From the NCBI GenBank assembly GCA_910592345.1, contig CAJVPI010000025.1, positions 58,325 to 78,324 on the forward strand: a DNA stretch of 20,000 nucleotides, read 5' to 3'. This DNA is from Paraglomus brasilianum. Taxonomy: Eukaryota. Numbering within the stretch: the stretch's first letter is position 1; every line of letters starts with the position of its first letter. Below are positions 8,779 to 20,000 of the stretch, piece after piece. The notes under the pieces were generated by a model, which was not told the DNA's origin, ran no database searches, and saw only the letters and a program-made list of their open reading frames with translations. The position numbers and the translations under genes are program-made.

Positions 8779-11724
8779 ATGTCAGCACGTAGCGAACAAG
8801 AAAATGTTACTCTTGACGATTCCAACAGTCAGAGTTCAAACCGCAAAAAATACAATGTGCTTGTTCAAGGTATTTGACCATCTCGTTTTTCGTTTTTCAC
8901 GTTGAATCTTCTCTTATTTTACAATGCGGCGCTTTTTCAAAATGAAAAGTTAAAAACGAAATAAGTGCATGGTTGAGTCTGCAGCTAGACCAAAACGACA
9001 CGCTCGAGACAATCCGACAGAATCTTGCCTCTAATACCCAGTTCTGCGACCGTTTCAGACCTAACCTCGCGACTATGGGTATGGAAGTTAAAGTCGTCGA
9101 CAAAGACGAACAGATGTCGTCTGAACAGCAGGGCGATGAATACCTCCATCTCTTGGCAAAAAAGAAACCCGTACCGGCAGCCCACTACTTTAAAAAGATC
9201 CGTTCTTTCATCACGCACTATGATGATGAAGCCATCCACTTTGTTGTGGACATCACTAAGCCATATGATGCTGGTAAGTCATTCAAAGCGCTAGTAACGT
9301 TTGCAGCCGCAATTATTCCCATCACCTCTCCTAGCACAATATCAGACCCCTCACCCTCCTTGTTAGTATAGCTTTAAATAATGCCTTTCTCGCACTGCTT
9401 TCTTCGTTGCGGCTCATTCCCGCTATTTATTGCATTACACGTGCCTTCATACACCACACCCTCCTTGTTAGTATAGCTTTAAATAATGCTTTTCTATTAA
9501 TGGCGCGTATTGCTTCGTTGCCGCTCGCCTCCCCTATTTTTATTTGAACCTTACGCTATTGGTTATAACGTGTAATATGTACTAATTAGTGTATATAATT
9601 TCCTATTCCTAACTAAGCCGTTACCGGAGTCGCCTCTGTTGTACCCAGTTGAGTATCTGTTTCCTTCTAGCTCAATTATTTTATGCTTACTATTAATAAT
9701 TTTAAGTTCCCACAGGGAAAAGGCCAAGCGAAGAAGAACGTAAGGAGTCGACCTTGTTCGTGTTTCTCAATTTCATTATTAAATCGCTTACTATTGTGGA
9801 ATTTTTAGATTTTCGGCGTGAACTTCCTGCATACAATACCAAAACTTGGATAGTCAATTCAATAATACCGATCAATGCTTCCGATTCATATTATTGTGCC
9901 GACTTTAAAAAGACGAATAAGGAACTCCTGGCGAGAGTCATAAGAAAACAATATGTAACACTTCATGGTCCTCGAGCATCAGGCAAGTCAACACGAGCCC
10001 ATGTAGCCATGCACCAGCTTATGGACCTCGGATTCACTTGCTTTTAGTAAGTTTATATCTTCTCAGTCATAATATCCATATTGCCAAATTTAATACTTTT
10101 CTCTATTTTTTATTATCCCATTTAGCATATCCCTCGAAAATGCCCATATTGACCAAGGAGAAGAACTCTTTTGGAGTGATTTGGACACTAATTTTAGATC
10201 AGGTTGTCGAGGTTGTTTTGATGAATATCCTCCCCTTCGCTCTGGACGAGATTTCCTTAAATGGTTCGCACAATGCACCTATGAAAACCCTGTTGTCCTC
10301 TTCATTGATGAATTCGATATGCTGTACAGTGCAGCTGCTGCGATCCGGAATAGTTGTCTGACTACTCTTCGCGCTATCAAACACATGGAAGGAGTTCCTC
10401 TCCATTCAGTGGTTGCTGTTGGGACTTTTGCCATTCTCGCTCTGAAGTCCAACAATAATACATCTCCCTTCAATATACAAAACCCATTCAGAATCCTAAT
10501 TTAACCCGTGAAGAAGTCGAATCACTTTTCACTGCGTTTTCTTCAGACCGAAGCATCACGATAGATCCCAATGTTGTTGAGGATATTCATTGGCAAACAA
10601 ATGGGTATGTTTTGTAGTCTTGGATGTTGAATCATTCGAAGTAATATTCAATTTTTGGTATTAATCCTTTTAGACATGCTAGTCTCATATGTATATGTGG
10701 GAAAGCAATCGATGATAAAATGACTAAACTTCTCGAATCGCGTCATCTTCCTGTCGCCAAATGGAAGAAATTCTTTATCACATACTTGATTCCAGAGTTG
10801 TTCAAGTATGCAACCTTTAAGAGCATCATAGATACACTGAAAGAACCGACTTCAAAAAAATATGTGGTTTTTCTTCGATCACATTTTTTGTACGACCCTT
10901 ACGCCCAAGTAAGTGTCGACTACGAGGATGAAGATAAAGTCGTATTCCTATCTAGGCATGGAATCTTACGGTCTGGCGAGGATGGATATAGCTTCGTGAT
11001 GGCTTCACCACTATTAAGTGCTGTCATTCAGAAGATGGTCCTACCGCATTTCTTTCCGCATATTTCTGTAACTCGTCCTCCCACTCAACTGGATGGCTCC
11101 TTGCACTTGTTGAGATCCCTCAAGCAAGCCGTTCGCTACTTTGACCCGAAAACACTCACAATGGCAACAAAGCATTCTCACAAGCAAGCCCATGTGAACA
11201 TTGACAACGATGACAAGTTTGTGCCCCGAGAAAGTATATACCAACAGGAATTAACAAGCATGTTGTCAAATTGGTTCAAACAATGGTCGGAAATCTATGT
11301 AGAGGCTCAATGCTGTCTTCAAGTAATTGAGGATGGAGGCTCGACACAGAAATATTACGATATAATTGTCACTGATCCGGGAGAATCACCATCAGCAGCG
11401 ATTATTGAGCTTGTCGCCACAGAGACTTGGCAAAAAGTGGATGAACATTACCGACGCACTCTTCAGTACGCCAAATCAAAAAGGGAGGAAATGCTTGTTA
11501 GTGAAATTTGGACTGTCCATTTCACTTGCGAACAAAACTACTTGACCGATGCAAGCATCAGCCGCTGGCCATCAGAAGAACAAATGAGAAACGGCCTGGG
11601 TGCCATACATTTTTGGCATAATTTGGAGTTTTCAGAAGTCCGTATGAGTGCGCGTTGGCCTGTTTTTAGTGGAAATTATAAGATTGAGGAGATTATCGAT
11701 GAACAGGTGTGTCTCACCGAATAG
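8779..11724 (+). CDS. Crinkler(CRN)-like protein: ubiquitin-like header + P-loop (AAA/STAND-like) NTPase + PD-(D/E)xK-like endonuclease domain; carries a 1-nt frameshift (pseudogene or sequence error)
   Basis: Exons 8779-8869, 8950-9273, 9716-9739, 9809-10046, 10126-10604, 10674-11724. Splice phases are consistent, but the total is 2207 nt, one short of 736 codons. The header ends in AIHFVVD (resembles the CRN HVLV motif). Walker A GPRASGKST (9967-9993); Walker B VVLFIDEFD (10292-10318); SPFN motif; TNG|HASLICICG across an intron; C-terminal PRESIYQQEL...YDIIV...IIELVA...HYRRTLQY. Confidence 0.8.
9352..9545 (+). repeat. Tandem duplication (period 105 bp) in the long intron of the CRN-like gene
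   Basis: caccctccttgttagtatagctttaaataatgc is identical (33 bp) at 9352-9384 and 9457-9489, each followed by a diverged cttcgttgc(g/c)gctc...ctattt segment. Confidence 0.85.
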
Positions 11725-12277
11725 TTTTTGATTTAACTTTCCAAATTATTAATATCTTTTATTCCAGGTTTTACCGGTGGAAGTTTAGTAGTTATGTGCA
11801 AAATAATTAGCATTAATTTAGTCTTTTAGTATAGCTTATTCTTTGCTGCATTTCACGCATATCGAAGCTGAAGTGGTCAAAGTTCAGGCTAAGCGTGTTT
11901 TCGTGTATGCACAATTGTCCGATTTATCTATTAGTAATGTTATTATATCCACTAAGCTCTTGTAAATATAATCAATACATATCGATATCATACCCATCTT
12001 ACCTATCCAAAAATCAACGCATAAACCGAAAGGTTTAATTTTTTGCGTCTCCAAGTAATGGTTGTCAAAAGGGAAAATCGGGCAGCAATTGAAATACGTA
12101 GAATTTTTTACCTGAGACATGTAAGGTATTTTCGATTCAGAAACCACCACCCAGCTTGTATCACTCTTGTGCGGCTCGAAAGAGCAGGTGGTGTAATGGA
12201 TTATCAGTATGGATAATGATTATCAAAATTTAACAAAACCAGACAAACTGTACATAAAAATTATATATATAGTGTAG

Positions 12278-12396
12278 TGTTGTACCTCAGTTGGGGACCT
12301 GTCTCAGTCCAGAACTCAGTTGTCTCAGTCCAGAACCCAGACACACCCAGTTGTCTCAGTCCAGAACTGAGACAGGTCCCCAACTGAGGTACAACA
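12278..12396. mobile_element. 119-bp MITE with TGT...ACA termini and perfect 31-bp TIRs (Ginger-like termini)
   Basis: tgttgtacctcagttggggacctgtctcagt is present at both ends in inverted orientation; three internal copies of tgtctcagtccagaac; no clear TSD (flanks gtgtag / agtaca). Confidence 0.85.
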
Positions 12397-12586
12397 AGTA
12401 CAATATTGACAAGCTTTTTGACAAGTTGGCTGATGATAATTCTGATGACATGTGGAATACCATTTATCATAATAAAGTAAGACCTTTGTCATGTCTCGAA
12501 AAAGAGAGTAAATACTCTAGTAAGCTCTTACCTACAGGAGAATTACCTAAACCAAGAAATAATTATGATTTGGATTCAGCTGCAGG
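12397..12586 (+). pseudogene. Possible orphan C-terminal tail fragment of a tyrosine-kinase-like protein kinase gene
   Basis: DKLFDKLADDNSDDMWNTIYHNKVRPLSCLEKESKYSSKLLPTGELPKPRNNYDLDSAAG, ending at a CAG|GTATGA donor. The YSSKLL..LPKPRN motif recalls tails of Glomeromycotina TKL kinases (from memory, not searched). The 5' part of the listed ORF is MITE sequence. Confidence 0.4.
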
Positions 12587-13605
12587 TATGAAGACAAGAA
12601 TTGCATTGCATGCTTATATTGAAATAAAGTCAATTTACATAAGTATATTAATATTATCGCGATTTTCTAATTTAGTGATTCAAACGTTGAATGAAAACTT
12701 GTAACCGTATTGTTGTGTTCTGATAACACTTTGCGTATTTAGAGTTATCGTAAAGAGCATGTCAGATAAGCGATGGTATTTATTTTATAGATGTCATGTA
12801 AAACCTTTCGAAGCGGGTATCGGTAGATCGGGATTTTTCTTCTTTAGTTCACACCAGGATTGAAAAAACGAATCTCGTTTCTGTTTGCAATTCTGCTGTA
12901 AGCTACGTAACGTATTTCCAGAGTTAGAAGTAGGGTCATGTTTCGTTGCTTTTATAAATTGATTATGTGTTTATTAATTGTTTGTGTACCATAACATGTT
13001 TTGTTTAATTATCACGTGATTAGACAATTTTAATTTCTTATTTGACGGAACGATGTTACTTCGGTGTAACTTCATTAGGAAAATAAATTCAGTATAATAA
13101 GAATGGATATTCTCTGTGGAAAAAATTTTTTATCGTACATACATGGGATGCGATATTACTACAGAAGTGCTGCAAAATGACATGGAAAGAGAGTGGGAAA
13201 GTTAGCCATCAAGTGTGCTTATATGTTATCAGGGTAGGATGCGACAGAAATATGGGTGGGGATAGTCAGACAGAATTTTTTGAACCAAAGGAAAAATTGA
13301 CGATGACGAAGAATTGTTTGGTAATATCGATAATAGAGAATACTTCAAACTATATATTGCCGCCTCGTTTCATTATTACTCATATCCATCACTAGTTATT
13401 AACAGTCCAAAAATTTATTATAATAGCAAAAACTTCTAATGTCACTAATTATCCTTTTTGATTTACAATTCTGTCTGTGGAAATTCTCTTTTCACACAGA
13501 CAGCCATCATCCTTTCATTATACTAATATGTACATCCATCAACTACATAATAAAGCAGTTAACTGTTGCTGTACACCTGTGGATTAGCGTATGATGAACT
13601 TGTGT

Positions 13606-16600
13606 TCAGTTTAGGTATCCTTTACACGTTGGGGCTCCACATAAACAAGGAATTTTGCTGTCTTCAAATGGAAACTGCGATAGAAAGAGAAAACAAAGAA
13701 AAATATGTAGGTAAGTGAAAGAAGGAAGCGTGTATTGGATGCGCTAAGTGAAGAGGTAAGCGTGAAGAGTACACATATATTCTAAATTTCGTAAACTACA
13801 CTACCCCTCCCTTTCTTCACATTATGTCTCTCATTCTCCAAGCTCTTCCCTATTCTCTCTTACCTTATAATCATAAGTAATCTCTTCTCCAATTTCAATG
13901 TCCCGTTTTGCGTATATTCCGATCTTTTTCTGACCGTCGAGTGTTATAATCTTAGCAGTACAATTAGGCTGGATTAAGCAACAATGTGCATATACGATAT
14001 TGATAGTTAGAATAATAGAACGATAGTTAGAACAAAGATTTGGAATAGTGAATAGAAGTCATATATACAGTATGTTATTATGAAATATTTGTAAGCTATG
14101 GGTTTTATTGCTTTAGAACACAGCGAAGTATACTGAAACTTCAATGCAGGTAGAAAAGTCCGTTGGAAGCAGATGATGAGTTGATGAATGAGAGGAGTGA
14201 TCGTATTTTTACTAGTGTTATTGAGATTGGTACTGCGGTTGACGCTGCATTTGATATTGGGGATATCATTATTCTTACTATTCTCGTTTTCGTTATCGTT
14301 GTCGTTGTTATGTTCATTATTGTCGTTACCATTGATACTACTGCTTTCCGTCCGCATACACTCATTACGCAAACTCACTCTGATCCAATTCCACTCTTCC
14401 CCATCACTCCCGACCCGAATAATATACAAACCTACCGAACACGAATGATTTATAAACCTCGCAATATTTCCCTTCTTAGTCGCATCAATAACAGTATCAT
14501 CATCAATCCTAAACAAATACGACCCGCCAACACCTTCCTGTTCATATCTCCTTTCTCTATGGTCAGCCACTGATTGTCTAACCACTTCTCCAACATATTC
14601 GATAACCATATCACTTGCATCGATATGCTCCATGGCGAATAAGCCCCAATCGTGTATCTGTGACTTGGCAAATCGTAATTGTTTCTTACGCCCTTTGAGT
14701 TGATTGAATTTTACAATGTCATTTGTATCAGCGGTACCAGTAGTTCGGTACTGTGCCATATCTGCGAGAATTAATCGATTCTTGGCACGGTTTGTACGTG
14801 AAGTTATACGAGTGGTTGTATTGGTAGATGATGGGACAGCGATATTGGGTGTTGAGACATTTGTGCGGTTAGCAACGTGAGAGACATATCGTGTTTTTTG
14901 GGACAGTGGGATTATATAGTGGCCTTCTGTTCTTGCACACCCAGTCGTGTGTGGGGATGGAGGTGGAGATGGCGTCTTCGTTGTTATGTAATCGACTAAC
15001 GTTGGAATAATGATGATACGTTAGTAAAAATGTAGCCTTGTCTTGATGGTTACTCGTTAGTAATATCAATATAACCAACTGGCCTCACGATAACCTAAAC
15101 ACAATCTTTCAATAACGTACCGAACGTAGTAACTGAATTCCCGCCGTCGAAAACCGTAGCAACTCCTTCCAATAGTCCCTTTCCATCGACTCGTCCCGCC
15201 TTCTCCAATTCCAACGCCATCTTCAAATAATACAAGTCTTCCTCATCGACCATCTCGTCTTCTTCCAAATCTGGCAACTGCTCCACTTCAACATTGAAGT
15301 CTTCATCCAGCGTAAACTCCCAGTCGCTTTCCTCTTCCTCTGCACTCTCATGTGGCTCGTTTTGTGATTTGGAAATTTGTGAAGAGGATATGATATCGAT
15401 ATCAGATGTCGAATTCGAGGATGATATGTCGGGTGTAACTTCATCCATAGAGTGATGTTTTGTCGGAGAAGATGAACGCGAACGTGGAGATGTCGCAGGT
15501 ATCCAAAGACGCCGTGGATGTGAGATGGAAAGAGAGTTAAAAGTAGTTGATAGAGGTGGGGCCTTTATTGCTTCGTTGTCGGAAGATGACGAGCGGTTAG
15601 ATCTTGCTGTAGACATTTTTTGGGCCGATGATTTGAGTTTTGTTTGTTTAGACTGAGACTTTTGTTTCGACCTTTGTTGTTTGAGAGTAGTTACCACTTT
15701 CTTCCGTTCGCGCTTCAGATCATCGCTCCCATTTTCATCTTCACTACTACTAGTAAATTCAATGTTTCTTGTTTTCCTTACTTTACGCGCTTTATCTTCC
15801 TTTCCTACCCTTCTTCCCTTTCTTTTAACATCAACTTGATCATCTTCCAATTCATCAATAGCAACTATCTCAACAATATCATTATTCCTGTTACCCTCAT
15901 ACTCATCACCAACTACCACCAGCCCATTAACGGCCCGTTCATTCTCGCGACGACGGAAATCTTTAAGGAAGTCGTCATCATCAGATGATGTAGATAAATA
16001 ATCACGTAAACGTTGGGGATGAGAACGTTTTTCTGGTTTGTTTTGTATGCGAGTGGTAGCCGACGGTAATGGAGGTGATGGAACAGTTAGATGAGATGGA
16101 GAGGAGAGAGACGAGTCAGAGTGAATTTCCCCCTCCTCTGACGAGGAAGAAGAGGAAGAAGCTGTATACTTAGTTTTGCGTTTATGTTTATGTGATTGAT
16201 CATTATCTGACGATGACGAAGAAGTGAAATCAATAGATCGAGGGCGACCTCGTTGCATTGTATTTCGGTTGTCTTCCTTTGGATATGTTTTGGAAGATAC
16301 TTCCGTTTCGGCACGACTACGTTTCTTGAACGATGGAAGTTTCTCGTTGTTCGTCGGTACCATACCGTCTTTGAGTGTCAGTTTGCCCTCTCCTAGAGAC
16401 GCTTCACTATTGCCTATAGACCGGACTTCATTAACCAATTTAACCTTATACATCTTAGCCTGTCGTCGCTGCTGCAATCTCGGAGTCAGGAAGTCGTAAA
16501 TATAAGGCACCACGACTCGGTTCTTCACATCTTTCAAAAACACGTCTGCCAACTCTGTTTCAACCATCTTTCTTGAACGGTAGATTAATGCTGGAATGTC

Positions 16601-19510
16601 CAATGGCTCATCGTGAGACGTCTCAATATTAATTGGTGATTTCTGATTTGGTACAGAAGAGTCAGTGGTCGTGGTGTGGTTTGATATCGACTGATCAGGA
16701 AGCTTCTTGGCTTCGTGAAAAGTCATCTCAAGACGATAGCCGAGGAGTAATTTATTGTCAAGAGCAGACATGCAACGGCGAGCATGAGATTCCATACGAA
16801 AGGCTATGTACCAATTCTTGTCTGTGTGATAGATCTGAAGCGGTAAATTTGAAAAAATAAGATTATTGGGAAAAGTATTTGAGTTAAGGACGACACTTCA
16901 CACAATTACGATGGAGAAACCAACCTCTTCCGGTTCGTATAATTCAAAATATCCCCTTACATCTTCAAGTATTATCTTAGGGTATGGTAGGCAAGATGAA
17001 GGAATTGTTATGTGGGGTCTTTTTTCATCATCATCAGTTCTTGGCCGAAGCTATATATATAAAGATTGATTCGATTAGGGCATTGGTTTCACGCATAAGA
17101 ACATACACTGATTTACAAGAATACCACTCACTTTATGATCCTTTCCATCCTTATAGCTATCCTGGTCTCTATCCCGATCTCTATCCTTGTCTCTATCTTT
17201 ATCGCGTACTCTACTCCTTCCTCTTCGTCTCTCATCATCTCGACTCCCAGTCCGTCCACTCTCACTTTGACTACTTCCGTTGGAAGAGTACCAACTCCGA
17301 CTTCTCCTTTCCGATCTTATTCTATCTTTTCGCCTGCCGCTTTCTCTGTCTCTCTCTCTGTCTCTGTCTCTATCTCTGTCTCTATCTCTGTCTCTTTCTC
17401 TGTCTCTGTCTCTTCTGTCTCTATCCCTCTCCCTAACTCTTCCTCTTCTCCTGTCTTTATCTCTCTCCCTCTCTCCCCTTTCTCTCTCCCTTTCCCTTTC
17501 CCTATCTCTTTCTCTATCCCTCCCTTTCCCATCTTTATCTCCTCTCCGTTCTCTCTCTCTAGATTCTCTTGACCGAGTTCTTCGGCGTGGACGATAGCAA
17601 TCACTACCGCGATGATTCCACCCTTCGTCATAGCTAGAATCAATTTCGCCCTCTTCTTTGCCTTCGGATAAGTCTCTCTGGTTGCTTTTTATATTCGGTG
17701 TAGACGCGGATGGGCTTATGGAGTTAATCTGCTGTGTCTCTTTTAGTACGGATTTACCATGTAGTTTGCTATCTCTTGAAGGCGAAGTTTCTTGTCGCAA
17801 GGCGGTATGCCCAATTGTGCTATTAGGTGTGAGATATGTTTCGCCTGATCTTTTATGGGGGGTTTGATTATTTATATTGTCCTGATTTACATTGGCGAAT
17901 TTGTTCCTTAGGGTGTCAAGTGAGAGTGTAGGAGGCGGATTTGTTGGTCGTTCTATGGGAGCTGCGGCTGGAGGTTGTATTGGCACTGGTGAGAGTGAAG
18001 GTGGTGTAGGAGCGTCGCCTATTTCCATATCGTCATTGGCTGAAGATGGCGTGGCAGCTCCCATTTGGGTTTCTGAAGTATATTTTGCAAGAGGGGCGAT
18101 CATTGCATCGTATGCTGCTTTTAACGTAACGCCTTTTATGATGGAAATAAATGAACGAGACAAGTATAAGTCATTATGTCTCAATTCCTGAAGAGCAACG
18201 AACCTTCACACTTCCCATTCCCCATAAGAACTATTTCATCAAGTCTCTCTTCCATCTTATCACCCCACATCCTTACCTTCAGGATCAAACTCAACTTTGA
18301 CTCTTTCATTTCCAATCTTTCGTCCATTTCCTTCCTTTACCGCCCGACGCGCTGCAGCACGTGCATCTTCTCCGTAATAGGTTACTGTGGCGAGGCCCAA
18401 GCTTTCGCCAGTAACAGGGTGTATTTCGAGTTTTACCCTGACATCATCACCATAGTTGGAAAAAATAGAAGCAATTTGACGATCAGTGGTTATCGGGGGG
18501 ATGCTGGAGACAAAGACGGAGGCCGGTTGTGGTGAACCAAAACGGAGATCGGGCTATAAGGTGATGAAGGATCGTTGAGAACAAGAAAACGGACAAGAGA
18601 AAACAGAGTAGTTCGGAGTTCGGGACAAGATACAATATGAAAATGTCGATTTTGATTAGAATGTTGTGATTGGCTAGCACTTTCAAACTTTTCAAAATAT
18701 TAGAACACTTACTATAAAGTCCACGGGTTCCAAAGCAGTCAAATACACCTGCCTCAAGGGTGTCGATCCAAAACTGTTAAGTTCCAATCGTGGATCTGTA
18801 GGAATTATTGGAGAATGCTTTTGGACAGGCGAAATGGAGCGGGTATTTATGATACGGAAGAATTGAGTGAGGGCAATGAATAAATCGCGGTAAACGACAT
18901 CGAATAATTGAAGTTTGAATAAAGAGGATTGAAGAATTAATGGAACTGATAAGTGTCGAATAAATGAAAATAACCAATTAATATGAAAGAATTTTGTTAA
19001 ACGTGCTATCTCGAAGTGTTTGTCGTTTTGCATACGTACATTCTGTAGAGTTTCTCCATAGTATCGATATATAGGCTCTTTACTCGTTTTCGTGGAACTG
19101 CTATCGAGTATTGGATCATAAGTACAACGGAAATTACGGACAATTGATGGTGACTTGTGTGTTTGTTGAGGCTTTTGATGCTGCTTGTGGGTATTTTGCT
19201 GTTGTATGCTTGCGTGCGATTGCGAGTCCTGTGAAAATTGCGACTGTTCTTCTCGAGGCGGTTGTTGGAAGTGTTGTGATTGCGTGGTTACTTGTTGTTG
19301 TTCTTCTTCTTGCTGCTGCTGCTCCGATAACGATTGCCTGTGCAAACTGCCACCCAGTGTTTCGTCTTCTCGAAATCTATATATATCGGCACTTAGTGGG
19401 GCTGTTGTAGGTAGTTCTAATACCGGAAAATAGTCCATTGTTTGGTTACTCGACGCTAGTTCATTATTATTGTTGCTCTGTGTAGTGTGATCTGAGCCAA
19501 CATTTGACAT
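13606..19510 (-). CDS. SET1: Set1/COMPASS histone H3K4 methyltransferase (KMT2/SETD1 family), 9 exons, ~1475 aa
   Basis: Phase-consistent GT-AG exons: 19510-19040, 18817-18713, 18553-18277, 18132-17132, 17050-16925, 16834-15121, 14995-14436, 13968-13864, 13674-13606 (4428 nt, ends TGA). Domains: RRM1 ([24 protein letters not shown]...[15 protein letters not shown]), RRM2-like ([21 protein letters not shown]), n-SET WIN motif [38 protein letters not shown] motifs [11 protein letters not shown] and EITYDYK, post-[16 protein letters not shown]. Confidence 0.96.
17140..17565 (-). repeat. Coding low-complexity (TCTCTG/TCTCTA)n tract encoding Arg-Asp/Arg-Glu dipeptide repeats in Set1
   Basis: In-frame [14 protein letters not shown]...[18 protein letters not shown] within exon 18132-17132. 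Confidence 0.9.
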
Positions 19511-20000
19511 TTTATTGAATATTAATGATTAATCTTCGTAAGGTGCAAGAAATGCACAGTATTTGGGCGTCCCTGTGATGTGACACGAATTTGAGTCGTA
19601 CAATATGTTGGGAAATTTTACACTACCAAATATAAATAATAATTAGATCAAGAAGCACGCGTGCACTTTATATGAATGGACCTTTGCAAAACAATTTAAT
19701 AGCAAGAGAACGATTGACGTCGAAGTCAAGTTACAGTATCCACAGAGACTTTCGTATCAAAAGTAATTTTGGTATAGGTTTTTATAAATTTCATATTCTC
19801 ATGTGGACTGCAACAATATTATTGGAAAAGTAAATGAGAGCTGAAATCTCTAGATTTGCTGTGTACTGTTACAAGGGACACCGTAATTTCACTAACTATG
19901 CCAACACACAAATGACGTTTTTGTAGTGTCTATTAACCTGAAAGCAAGAGCAAAAGATCTCCCATGTCTTTTTGCAGAGTTAACTGAAAAGTATAGTGAA

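Noticed and set aside
11884..12150. 88-aa - strand ORF with an internal AG|GTAAG donor
   Set aside because: No recognisable domain and no partner exon could be supported.
12300..12375. CRISPR-like repeat-spacer array (also considered for 1588-1875)
   Set aside because: The repeats are short, lack unique spacers of constant length, lie in TE-like contexts, and there are no cas genes; the locus is eukaryotic.
6936..12396. LTR retrotransposon bounded by two TG...CA repeats
   Set aside because: No PBS after the left copy, no polypurine tract before the right copy, no gag/pol; the repeat has long TIRs and the left copy is partial.
18133..18188. CAG acceptor at 18188 for SET1 exon 4
   Set aside because: Wrong phase (gives an immediate TAA); the AAG at 18133 restores the frame.
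14141..19433. Numerous + strand and alternative-frame ORFs overlapping SET1 (e.g. poly-SL at 17280-17597)
   Set aside because: They are shadows of low-complexity SET1 coding sequence, with no independent motifs.

Overview
AT-rich, intron-containing eukaryotic DNA, most likely from an early-diverging fungus (Mucoromycota, Glomeromycotina-like). This is inferred from GT-AG introns and gene families, not from a search. The right third (13606-19510, - strand) is a complete 9-exon Set1/COMPASS H3K4 methyltransferase gene. The rest is a repeat-rich accessory region containing: a small 3-exon Myb gene (4914-5456); a Crinkler-like gene (header + P-loop NTPase + restriction-endonuclease-like domain, 8779-11724) whose splice model needs one extra base at about 10488; and several non-autonomous DNA transposons. 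These are a 129-bp MITE with an 8-bp TSD, two adjacent (possibly nested) pogo/Tigger-like relics, a ~335-bp near-perfect fold-back element about 230 bp upstream of the Crinkler-like start codon, and two copies of a TGT...ACA element. Kinase-like pseudogene fragments are also possible. All exon models were derived by hand from splice signals and phase consistency. I found no clearly new system; the TE-embedded Crinkler-like locus is the best candidate for follow-up.
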